From Atractiella rhizophila (taxonomy: Eukaryota), in assembly GCA_021432655.1 (NCBI GenBank), contig MU271195.1, positions 62,001 to 126,000 of the forward strand: 64,000 bases of DNA, read 5' to 3'. The notes beneath the pieces are model-generated. The model worked only from the letters and a program-made list of their open reading frames with translations. It made no database searches and was not told where the DNA came from. Below are positions 26,201-37,931 of this stretch, piece by piece. Each line of letters begins with the position of its first letter. The first letter of the stretch is position 1. The position numbers and the translations under genes were made by a program.

Positions 26201-29200
26201 ACCCAAACGTTCCTCCCACGGCCATCCAACATCTCCCTGACGCGACCACAGGCCTCCAGCAATCGTCCTCAAACGCTCCAACAACGAGCGCCGAATATAC
26301 CTCCAACGCCGCGAAGCCATTATCGCAGGGACATATTTTCGTGGTGCGAACATTGTTGGGATTGTGGACGGTTTGTACGTCCCCGATACTTGCACGACGA
26401 TTCCGAAAAAGGAGGGTGGTCTAGCTAGGGAATTTCCTCTCCTGCTCTGACCCTGCTACCTTCCAAGCCTTGTAGTGGTAGCTCAATGCATCTAACTCAT
26501 TTGTTGACCCGTCCTCTCACAAGACAATGGCTTCTGGTTTTACATCCAAAAACTCCATAAGGAAGTCCACTTCAACCGATTCCCCATTCAATTGCTTGAT
26601 CATCTGATCATACAATGCCATTTTCATCTTCTTTCCCGGATGCTGGTCCTAACCATAATTCAGTCAGGATTTGTTGGTAACCAGGACATACTTTGCGGCT
26701 CATGTCAGTCTCTCCTGTCATGGTTACTGTGTAATACTTTTCATAATACTCTTTCAGGCTGTTGACTGCATTGGCAATCCAAACTGTTTCCCAATCTAGC
26801 AACTTCAAATAAGCCATCCTTCAATTTGGATGAAGAACTATGAAAAAGTGAGCAAGTTGGGCAATAAGACAACAAAAAACCAGGAGCATACGAAGCGCCC
26901 AAGTGCGTATATGTGCCTCATCTGTTACCTTTGAGAAGTACTTATCAATCAGCTTGTGGGCATGCTCTGCACCATTCCGAATAGCCATATGAGCCTCAGC
27001 AAAATGCCACTCGCCATCCAACTGATAATCTTCATACAGCCGGGATAGGTGAATGCCAATGTTATTGAACATTGGTATCATACAGCGAGATTGGGACTGT
27101 TGTGACATTTTGTCACTCATTTCCTGAAAGAGCTGGAGCCCATTTCAGCACATTACGTCATGATTATCACAAAGGCAAAAGACTTATATCAAACGACGGA
27201 ACGAGTTCATCTAAGATCAACCACTCCATTCCTGTCAGTCAGCATTTCTCCAGCTTCAGCCTTGGCTTCCCACAGCTGCAGAGCACGATTGATCATTGCA
27301 CCTTCACCATTCCACCGGGTGGGGCAAGCACGAATGAGGTGGATTGGCAGCTTGAAGTGCTTGAGCACTCCGGCTGGGTCATCTTTCTGCGCTTGCAGAA
27401 CTTCAGTCTCCAGGCTTGTGCATATTGCATCGCTGTCTTCAACCCTCTTGGCCAGATTAGTGACCTGATCCAATGGAGTGGCTGTGAGAAACATAAGTTG
27501 TAAGTTAAAACAACTAATCAAGCCTTGGTAAGTGTGAAGTGAGCCTCACATTCCTGCTTTGCGGAACATTCTGTTGCCATGACCTGGTTATCAATTGCCA
27601 TGATGGCAGCATCATCAGCCTGCGCTTCGTCCGAAGCCCCTCCAATCTGGTAAGCGCAGAACCGGACTCCAGGACCACTCACCAATGATGCCTGCCTCAT
27701 CTCCAAAGCCCAGCTCATTGATTTCATGATCCAGTTCTGCCAATGCAGCTTCATCCAGTGCAACAGATGTCCCAACTCCATGCACTGAGGACTTCTTGGT
27801 TACCTGACATTTGAAGCATGAGATAAATGCCTGGTGATGGCATTAGTTTGATAATGAACACAAAAACATTTAGTAATGCAACGTACCTTTGCAATGAGCT
27901 TTAAGATGTGCGGAAAGCATCTAACGTGCATTGCCAATCCTCCTCAGTGCACCATCTGAGGGAACTTGCTGAGGTCAGTGAGAGCTTTTGTAAAAGTGTC
28001 ACTGTTCGAGGCATTGTTGGCAATGGGAAGGATGACCTTGTAGGAAACATGTTGAGCGATGCGGCACACATAAAGGCAGGATAAATATGCAAAATCACCC
28101 TTTCACAAACATCAAACTCCTCAAGCACTCTGTAAACCCTCTCTGCAATGGCAACGCCTGTATGTGATTCCGTGATTCTAGCTAGCGGTTATTGCTTGTA
28201 CATGTAAGCTGCCAACACTGACCAGATCATAGCGAGACCGGCCTTCTCCATCCTTCTTTTTTCGTGATAATGCAGGTAAACAAGGACATATGAGAAGGAC
28301 TGTGGCGATGTCCAGCCATCGAGGCTGATGCTGCACATGCCTGTGATTAACTGCACTAATAGTTAATCACATTGCAATGTTAGAGAGAAAAGTACGAACC
28401 TGCAGCTTCTGCCTGACCTTTCCCTTCACATAGTCATTGATCACGGAGCAATCATCCGCAACTTTATGAGAATCCAGGTTGGCAATGCAACCTGTTCCTC
28501 CATTCCCCACCTTGAGTATTTCTCGATAGTACTTATCGTGTGTGATGTTAAATGGGCGAGCTGAGGTGGCACACCACAATGCCGTGTAAACTCATCGAAG
28601 GACAGCACGGCACTCCTGAGTAAGGGTTTGTACCCAAAGCTCTTTGCACTGTTGGCCATCAGAACCGCTTGTTTCTCCTTCACTGACTTGCTTGTGCCGT
28701 GAAACTGTTCTCCATACTTTCAGACATTGGTGGTACGGACAGATAACAAAGATATATCTTGAGACATTCATTGACACTTTTTTGCATCATTCCCGTTGAA
28801 AGATCATCTTGTGCCTACTCAAACCTGTGCTCTTCAGGGTGCTCCTTGCAGAGAAAGGTGTCGAGGACCTGAAAGTCGCTAATAGCGCCATTCTTTGTTT
28901 CTTCACATAAGCCCCACGCCGAACAATAGGTCACTCTTCAAAGTGAGAGTAGGTGCTAGGTTGCATCGAATTCTTCTTTGTAGCTGATTTGCCCCAGCAC
29001 TGGAGATCAAAATCTAGCATTGGAACTGTCAGAGAAACTATACAGAAAGCATGCGATGGCTCACCAATGATGTCATCATCCATCCAAGACTTGAAATTCT
29101 CATCATTGCTTTGACTTTTCTACTATCAAGCTTTCGAGCATGCTTTCTAGGAGATTGATGAGGCGAACCTTCTTCATCCTCAGATGCATTGAGGGCAACT

Positions 29201-31031
29201 GGGTGCAAAGCTGGAGTGATGTCTCGCCTCTGCAGCTCTCTTAACTCTTCTATGGTGCGAAGCGCCTAGTCCAAACCAAAGTGTCCAACCATGACTCATC
29301 ATGACTCACATGTTCCAATTTTTTTGAGCGAAATTTTTCCCCTTCTTGCTTGCAAGCTGAGTGCGGACCTGCAAGAGTTTGATATTCTTAGAAGCACAAA
29401 TATATATTTGGCAAAGAACAAGAAGGCAGTATGATTCAAATGAAAGAAATATCCCCAGTCGAAGCTCATGCCTCCGGAATTCTTCGATGTGAGGCATACT
29501 CCTTTACCTGGTATCCGGCATCAATAACATTCTTCTCCTCCTCGTGAGCTCTGATCCAGCAATGAGAGCGATGCTCAACCTTTCTGATTGTGGAGAGTTT
29601 GATAGACTTCAGGGCTTCTGGAACTGTACGACGTAATCCTTCGAAAGTGTAATCACAGTTTGCTGGAAACAGCTTCAGCATTAATCAACCAAAAGGAGCC
29701 CAATGTGCTTACCACGTGTATATCGCTTTGCATGGCCCCATACAAACTCAATACAATTGATTTCACAGTGAAATTTTGGTAGGAAGATGGCATGATGTCC
29801 TTTATGCTCAAGCAACTCCTACAATTGAGGTTTCTGTTCAAGAAAATCAGGTTGAGAGCCCAACAATCTCTTTGTGACAGCTTCAGATTTCTTCTTCAAC
29901 CTGTGATAAACAAAACTTACCTGCACAGCACATGTTGTCATCAGTGTGATCCACAACGTGCTTGCATTTTGCCCATAGGCCTGGCCTTCAGAGACCTCGC
30001 TCTGGCAATATAGCACTCATCCCTTGTGGGACTCCTTGTTGATCCAACATTGGTTGAGGTACCTTTATACAATCCTTACACCACCACCCATCATGCATCA
30101 CCGGCTGCTTCCCACCTGTCAAAAGATTCCATAAACATTGACTTGCCAAGAAGAGAACCAACTGACCTGGCCCCAAGTTCATGTTCTTTGCATTGAGTGC
30201 ATCACTTGCTATTGCACCGTGCCCTGTGGAATTATCAAAGACAACAAGAGCTGTCTGCCCAGGATGCAGTCTCTTGAAAACTGGTATAAACTTTTCTCCA
30301 CCTGCAAAAAAATCACCTTCAAAGCTCATGGCTGGATGAACCTGAAAAGCATACCTGTTCAATAAGCTTCTCAGCATCCCAATAGCCTGCATGGGCCTTC
30401 CCATATTCCAACTGCTCTCCAGCATCTTCTAGCCAGCCATAAGTTGAACAGATAAAATCAGACCGATGAATCCCCCTCCCTGCACCTTTCTTCCGAAGCT
30501 TTGACTGACCATCCAAGCACCATGAATGGTGCTGAACGTCATTGGCGGTGAAGGTGGACTCATCATGGAAAACAGCAACAACCTCGGTAACACCAGAAGG
30601 GAGGTCTTTAATGATCTCTTTCTCAATATCATTGATGTCGTATTGATGCATGCGAGGGAGGAAGCTTTCCTATGTCGGAATGAAGATGCTCTGACGGTAA
30701 TAAACAACATCTGGTTGTTCATGCCCACTGCAAAAAATGTCAGGTTCTCTTTTGACAGCACAGACATAGAGCCACTAACTCAATATAAAGACCTTTTTTA
30801 TAATTGGTCCACTTAAAACCTTCCCTTTTCAACCATCGGCAAGCGTGCTCAAAGCAATTCCTCGCTTCCTGGCTTGTATTGAATATGAGGGAAAACGGAT
30901 ATTTCAAGGTAATGTTTTAGTCCTTTCGGCATCTGTTGTTCCAGCTCCATCTGAACATATATATGGTGCTCCTGTGGGATAAGTGTGGAGAGAGTATAGT
31001 TGCGGATCTTGGTTGGGTCCATGTTCCATTT

Positions 31032-31432
31032 TGTTAGGGCTGACACTATGTGCGGTCGCCAATAGGCGATGCATCTGTAGTGGAGATAAACCTAAGTGCA
31101 TGATATGACATGAAGACTAACCTGTAGTGGAGATAAACCTAAGAGAATACTCTAAGGTCACCTCCACTACTCTCTGATCTATATATACAAGCGGAATAAC
31201 ACTGCCACAGAGTGTAGAGGAGAGCAGATGAAACATGTAAGAGAACTAAAAGGGGAAGTGACAGTGGGATTACGCGGAGTTAATAAGAGGAGGATAGGCC
31301 ACAATTGGGCTAAGTGGTGATGTAGGTGCAAATGGGCGAACGGGAGACGCAGTGGCGACGCGGCGCCGATTTGCAGGGAACGCAAATGGGCGATAAGAGA
31401 TGCAATCCGGCGAACGGGCACCGATTTGCGTA
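31032..31432 (-). mobile_element. LTR family A copy, about 15 bp missing at the U3 end
   Basis: Colinear with the reverse complement of 15225-15619. No TSD visible. Confidence 0.9.
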
Positions 31433-31707
31433 GAGACAGACCTCTGTTTGAGACTGGAAGCTCTCCTGTCTCCTCATAATGTCTTGCCCAACCCGAATAC
31501 ATCTTGCTCCATACACCTCACCGAAACGAGTTGCACTTGCTGCGTACTTTGATGCCTCAACACACCCTCTCTGCCCACTCTTCAACAGATTATAAAATGA
31601 TCCCAGCCCAGTGCCCTCACTCTCCTCGCCTGCAGCTCCGTATTAAACTTTCCCTTCCCTAGACACTTCTCGATTGCTGCTGCTTGCTTCCTGCACCGCT
31701 CCATCTC

Positions 31708-32197
31708 TGTTAGGGCTGACGCTATGTGCGGTCGCCGACAGGTGATGCGTCTGTAGTGGAGGTAAACCTAAGAGGATACTATAGCATGAGAAGACTGACC
31801 TGTAGTGGAGGTAAACCTAAGAGAATACCCTGAGGTCACCAACACTACTACTCGATGTATATATACATATGCAAAGGCACTGCCATAAACTGTAACATAT
31901 GCTTCTTTGAAACATGTAAGGCAAATAGTTCAGGAAAGCAATAAAGGGAATACTCAGAAATAAGAGATACTGAACAGTACTAGAGAGAAAGGGTAGTAAG
32001 GCGAAAACGCAACGGTGCAGACCGGTGAAATGTATAAGGTTTGCTGAGCGGCGATTCGTATGAGAAAGGGGAAATCGGCGAACAGCGCGGGCATGAGCAA
32101 AGCGGCGACGAGTAGGCACGTGCTCCCATGATGTGGTAAACTGGGTCACGTGACTTCAGATGATGCATTTCAGTTATGCGTAGGGGCAAGCCTGACA
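31708..32197 (-). mobile_element. solo LTR, family B, 490 bp (shares R/U5 with family A, different U3)
   Basis: TG..CA ends, 5-bp TSD ATCTC. Confidence 0.93.
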
Positions 32198-34590
32198 ATC
32201 TCTTGCTCCTTCCATTTCGCACTCTCTTCCTTTGTGCGCTTATTAAAACGGTGACCTCTGTAGCAAGGAGGTGTCAGGTCTTCATCATCTTTTGTCCTCG
32301 AGTGCTTTCCATCCACTATCGTGCTTTGAGTCAAGGTGGAACAGGAGAGAGGAGCCAAGGCAGAATGCAGATGAGTGCAAGCAGATGGGGAATTAGGTGA
32401 TGAAGACACAGGGAGGTGTTGACAATCAATTTCGTACTCGTTGTCTTCATCAGAAAGGTCTACAAAGTTGTCATTGAGAGAGTTTGGAAGTGAGAGAGAA
32501 GGAGTAGGGGATGGCAGTGATGGAGCAAAAGACTGTATTGTAAAGCCGAAGTCATCCAGCTTCATACAATTTCTGTGAAGAAGCATCAGAGTCTGAAGCA
32601 ATGACAAACAGACATACTGTGCCCTCTTTTTTCGCTCCTCCTCATGCCTCCATGTTGTCGTCCTCCCTTGCTTGTGCTCCAACTTTGAGTATCCAATGCT
32701 GGCTGTCCTCGCTCTCTTCAACCAACCCTCTCCAACCTCCCACTGATCTTTATCATTTTCCTTCATCAACTCATCATAAACAGATCCTGGAAGCTCATCC
32801 AGAACAATGAGAAGCTCCTCTCGACGCTCTCTGGTCAGTGGCACCACCTCATCCTCAAGCATCCACTCCCCCATATCCTCCTCCTCTGAATACTCCTCTT
32901 TCTCTTCAGCTTCATCATCACCAATCACTGATTCCCGCTCCTCATCAGCATCCACCTCTTCATCTCCTTCACGTTCCACGCCGTACCATGAGAGAAGAAC
33001 TGGGTCAAATCGGCAAGTCAGCCTGAGAAAGTGAATCGATTCTGATAACTGGTACTGGCAGAAGCATTGTGAGCGGGTGAGAAGGAGCATGAAAGCAGAG
33101 AAGGACAAACCAATCACTGGGCCTGCAGCCATTGGTGCATCCTATGAATTAACCTTGAGCTCAGGAAGAAGATTAGCAAATGGTGCTGCTGCTGCTGTTG
33201 CTACGTCATTTTTCTTCTTTGTAAGGTTGGCTTGTCGTGCACGAAGGGCACGGACAGACAGATATAACGTCGCATGGTGGGCAAATGTTTCACATAAAGT
33301 TAAGGTTCTTGCCTTGGAGCCATCGGTTCCGGCGTACAATGGCATGTACAATGACGGTATCAGTAGTCACCTAATTTCTGTTCCAATTTCTGAGCAGATA
33401 AAAAGGACTTCTCAGCGGGAAGAACTGCAATTGAAAATCTGTTTTATAGTTTCTATCTAGACCCTTAAAGCAACATATTTACAAGAGGGATAGTCCATAA
33501 GGTTAGTATTGCATTTTAAGTTTCAGAATTGGACACTTTGGTTGGGACTAGGTGCTTCGCACCATAGCAACATCTTATTCCGTGAGGGATCTTTGAAGTG
33601 TGGCTCCTCTCTTTTAACTGTGAGCTTTCAGTTGAGCTTTCATGCTTACCCGTAACTCTTTTGTATGTCAAACATTGAAATTACTGACATTTCAGTTTGG
33701 TTGCACTCCTTCAGAGCTACTCTTCCTGGCGATTGCTTTTCACATAAACTTCGCGAAGTCCTTATAGCTTCTCAGGCCCTCTTTTCCACACTTGTAGTTT
33801 GAAAAAGGACTCACGTGCCCACCATATTCGCGCTGCAAATGATGTTTAGAAGACAACTTGGTTCACATTGCATGGCCAGCCATCTCACGGCAGTGCCTCT
33901 TCAATCCGTAATGTGTACTTGTTTCAATTCCTAGTTCCCAGTTCTGAAACCGTTAGAGCTAGTCAGAGCAGCCTTTCTGTGCACGGGTTAACAAGGGGAA
34001 ACCCACAGGCTCGTGAGCTCTGCAGGTGGCCCGCCTATTGATAGGGGCTGGGGAGGGTTAAGGGTTTGACGGATTCCCAAATCTGTACACATTCCCTGCA
34101 CAAATGTGAGCCACAAAGTGATGAGAATACATTTCAAGTGTACTTAAGAGAAACAACTTTACCTGCAAATGTAGCCACAAGCAATGGAACTAAACTGCAG
34201 GGGTCTTGCATATTTGTGAGACACTATCACCATAGCCTGTTGCCATCCCTTGAGCCAATAGAAGAAGAAAGAGAAAAAGGAAAGTCACAAGACCAAAAAA
34301 GATGTATGTTGTTGTAAGACTACGAATAATGATGCGAGGTTTAAGTTAAGAGGAAACAAGGATATCATTACTACCTATTTCTCCCAGACTTTAACACGGT
34401 TTATATATCTGAGAAAGGTGTGGCAAACAAATTCTAGAAGTACACCAACGCGGAAGAAATCAGTAAGCAAGAAGAAGCGAGAAGAAAATAGAATCCCCTC
34501 GAATATGTGGCATCACGTCGTTCTTAGTAAGCCGTGAGTGGTGGTGGCGGGCTGAACTAGAATGTGCACACGTCGTCAAATTCGAACTGC

Positions 34591-35640
34591 TCAACTCCTC
34601 CCTATCACATCCCACATTTTCTGCTGGAGCGGGTCCGGAATCAGTCCCGCTATCAAGGGATTGAAGAGAATTGCTATAGCTGAGCTAACAATGCCAATCA
34701 CAGCCAGCACTAACTGACGCCGTTGGGGCAAGTTGGGAATCGCAGAGATACTAGCCAGGAGTGCAGAAATAGCGACGATTAACATTAGGATTCCTCTTCC
34801 TCGCCGGAGCCAGCCACGCAACCTTGTGTATTTTCTAAAGTCGTTGTGTGCCTGCCGAGTCTCCTCGCTATTCAACATCATCAATCGATGCTAGAAGGTC
34901 ATTGATCTGATACCTACAGCGATTTCGCTTCCTCTCTACTCCAGAATCGCCTGGGAAAAGAGTATGGAAGTGAACCTAGAGATGAAGCAGGAAACGAACG
35001 GTGGGCTTCCTTTCGCAAGAAGACCTGGTTGGTAGATCTGTTTCAACTCGAGACGCCTATGCTTGATTTTCAACTCCAATCCACCTTGTTCATCTTTTCT
35101 TAAAAAAATGTGGTCTGTGACTTTCCCACTGGCCACCAACGGTCCTATTGGCAAAGTAAGCAATAATGACACGAGAAGGATGGGTACCTACTGCCTTCGT
35201 CGTCGAAATCATCAACGAAGGCTCTGATGCGGGCGATGACTTCGATGTCTGCATGCTCTTTTGCGTCTGTTGATTCTATGTAAACCTCAAAGTACACGAG
35301 CTGTTGAGGCAAGTGTAAATCACTCAACTTCGAACTAAGTAGGAGGAGGAGGGAGGAGTGACAGCAGGAGAAATTTCGTACTGGGAAGAAGCAAGTGTTG
35401 TATATGTCGGCAACGCAGTTATTCAACGAGTGCACCAGCCCTTTCTGTGGCTCCATTCGCACCTCAATATTCCAGGTTACATCAGCTGCCCCTCGAATAT
35501 CAGCGAGCATAAGCTCCTCACAGGAAAAATATCGCTTACGATTTAAATGATAAGAGTAGAAACGTTCACTATTATCTGACTTCCTGCTGAGGCATCCTGT
35601 TGACATAAGGTTAGAGCCCAAGACTAAGCTTTTGCACACC
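34591..35640 (-). CDS. orphan gene: NTF2/SnoaL-like region plus one 2-TM hairpin; exon structure uncertain, may extend to about 36270
   Basis: VHSLNNCVAD..DIEVIARIRA..VASGKVTDHIFLRKDEQGGLELKIKHRRLEL, then ISALLASISAIPNLPQRRQLVLAVIGIVSSAI. Confidence 0.5.
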
Positions 35641-36381
35641 TATGGAGTCTCTGATCAAGACAAAAATCTGTGGGTGGAGTGGGCAAAATGCGCGCAACTT
35701 CGTCGTCTAAGTCATGGCTGGGTTTGCCACTAGAAACAGAACTTGTGCTTCGACTCGCAATAGATCCATCTGCATTGGTTATGTCGAGTGGCGACTGCAT
35801 TTAACATAAACTAAAGTGGGTGAAGTGAGGTGAGCTGGGCGAACGAAGTGAGGGCAGGAGAGCTTTTCAATTTTAAGGCCGCCTGGCTAGCCACAATTCG
35901 ACGTTCTGATGTTCCGTATTCAACATCCAATGCCAATTCACGATCTGTTGGAAATACGATGGGCCGATGGGTTTGTCGTTCTAATTTAATTGATCCATTT
36001 ATCACGTACTGAATGTTCAGTATGTACGTTCGGACGAGGATGCACTTGAAGTTAACTTTGACTTATCGAATAATAGTGCTTCGATCGGAGTTACGACGTT
36101 AATGTGTACGTACGCTCTGTTGATCAGTTTGACATCGCTCGCAAGACATCCATCACTTTGCAAGCAATTTGCAGAGTCGGTCTTGTACAGTTTGACCTCT
36201 TCCACATTCCAGCGCTTCGAAGCTGTCGATGGCCCAATATGGAGAAGGAGGAAACATTGTGAGTGCAACAATCATTGCATGGTTACTAGATTCGCAAACA
36301 CTAACATTTCTCGCAGTGAGGGTGTGCGCCTGAAAATAACGAGGGTCCGTGATCGCTTCACTGTTCTGAGATTTGGCATCG

Positions 36382-37340
36382 ATGGGACCGTCCGATCAGG
36401 TGTATCAACAGGATCTAAAAGTCGTGGACCAGTTTGACCAGTCTGCCTTGGGATACATTTTCGAGGTTGATTTCACCTCCGGCCGATGTGGACGCATTAC
36501 CGAACTTTTTCTCAAAGTCAGATTCAATGTTGACGAGGTTCGTGAATATCCCAGGATAAAATCTATGTTTCCGTACAAACTCAATAACAATCGGTCCGTG
36601 CAGACTTCCTTTTTGCTACCTTTTCGCTCTGACTTCAACTGACAAACGACATGGAAGGATCAAGGCAAGGCAGACGGAGGATCAGACGATTGCTTATCCC
36701 GTTAACTTCAAGGACGATGTCCTACATAGGAAAGGTGACTGTACCTCTTCACTGGGAATTGATACCCAGGAAGCAACCTGGAAGCTCAAGCGTGAAGTAC
36801 CTTTTCACACTGCAAGAGCAGACGCACTGAAGACATTAATAGTCGAAAAGCCCAAAAATTTCCGAACACCAGCTTGCTTTTCCTTAGTCGTCTATGTGCG
36901 GCCAGACACTCGAGACTCGTTTTCCATGGGTATCGAGGCTAAAGCGACCTCCATCTCTGAAGGCCAGCGGTTCTTTTTCCAGGGAAAGCACAAGGTTGGT
37001 CCGATGGATTGGACTCTCACGGTTGAGGAGCTCAAAGAGCTCATCTGGCCCAACGAGTGGAAGGCAGCCGGTGAACCTGCGAGCTGGCTTAGAACGAAGG
37101 ATGTTGGTCAAAATTGGCAATGAAACGGAAAGTAAAAGGGATGGTACTTGCGAATTATCAATTGTTTTGCAGAATTTTCTTGTGCTTGTACGACTGGATG
37201 TGAACAGAATTCCGGGAGAAATCAAATTCAGAAAGAATACCTTGATTCGCAAATGCTCATCACCGTATCCGAAAGGAGGAAAGCAAGCGAGCAATCTTGC
37301 CTCAGACCTGATAAGACGTTACTGTTTTCGCTAGTTCGTT
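36382..37340 (+). CDS. hypothetical gene or pseudogene
   Basis: ORFs 36373-36642 and 36894-37334 with plausible splice sites. Product unknown. Confidence 0.3.
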
Positions 37341-37712
37341 GATGGTTTCACATCCCACATTGAGGATGTCAGGCACAGATCTCATCCACCAAATGAGGGT
37401 GAGCCTCGATGCACGGAACATGTTAAACAGTGCACGGTTCCAGCCCATTCAGAAGGCCGCGAGAGTGTAGCTGGGGTAATCGCTAGGGCAGGGCATCTCT
37501 CGAAACGTCACTGCCACCCTAGAAAGAGATTGTGAGACTGTTGATTATATTGTTGCCGTTAGAGGTACCTATGTTAACAAGTCCCTCGCCACCTTTTGAC
37601 GGTCAAATAGCCGTCTGGGGAGCCACCAATTCAGTGTGAGAGCTGGACGCTCATTGTCCCTCAGCCCACATCGCACATCCTAGTCTCTCCCTGTCTTTCT
37701 TTCCTTCTTCCA

Positions 37713-37893
37713 TGTTGGCCACAGTCACGTGGCTAGCACGTGACTGGTGTGCTTTTGTTTGTCTCTCGGACACCTGGATCCCCAAGCGGTTTTTCCACCA
37801 TCTCACACTTCGCTGGGATCCAGGTACGTCTATCCGTTACATCCCAAGAGCGGTTTTTCCACCATCTCACACTTCGCTGGGATCCAGCTCACA
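37713..37893 (+). mobile_element. short Copia-like LTR remnant, family C
   Basis: Starts TGTTGG. 39-bp direct repeat (37785-37823, 37849-37887) split by GTACGT. Possible end CTCACA. No clean TSD. Confidence 0.55.
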
Positions 37894-37931
37894 TTCAGCT
37901 TTGCAAAAAAATGAACATGGATTATTAGGTA

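Larger units (their letters stand above)
14591..26421 (-). mobile_element. 11.8-kb TIR element with an EnSpm/CACTA-like transposase and accessory ORFs
   Basis: 32-bp imperfect TIRs (GACCACCC..TGCAA, 26/32) flanked by duplicated TAGCTA. Removing it restores the hAT reading KFPSYFQELAMDISAIP. Confidence 0.85.
29253..33564 (-). mobile_element. Tc1/mariner-IS630 superfamily DNA transposon, 4.3 kb including two LTR inserts
   Basis: 36-bp TIRs TGGTGCGAAGC..GTGTCCAA (34/36). TA duplication in a CTAG target. Motifs FHDESTF, RKKGAGRGIH, VFDNSTGH, LPKFHCEINCIE. Confidence 0.9.
14001..34098 (-). mobile_element. hAT DNA transposon (about 3.9 kb own sequence) expanded to 20.1 kb by nested insertions
   Basis: TIRs TAGGGAATGTATAC / GTACACATTCCCTG (12/14). 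8-bp TSD CACAAATG at 13993-14000 and 34099-34106. ACGGG/CCCGT subterminal repeats. Transposase motifs LDGWTS, RCFPHIL, ACPTRWN at 26.4-29.2 kb continue as LAMDISAIP..SSTDVERAFS at 14.25-14.59 kb. Confidence 0.93.

Noticed and set aside
14001..34098. Giant cargo-carrying (Starship-like) element
   Set aside because: No tyrosine recombinase seen. The content is accounted for by nested TEs with their own ends.
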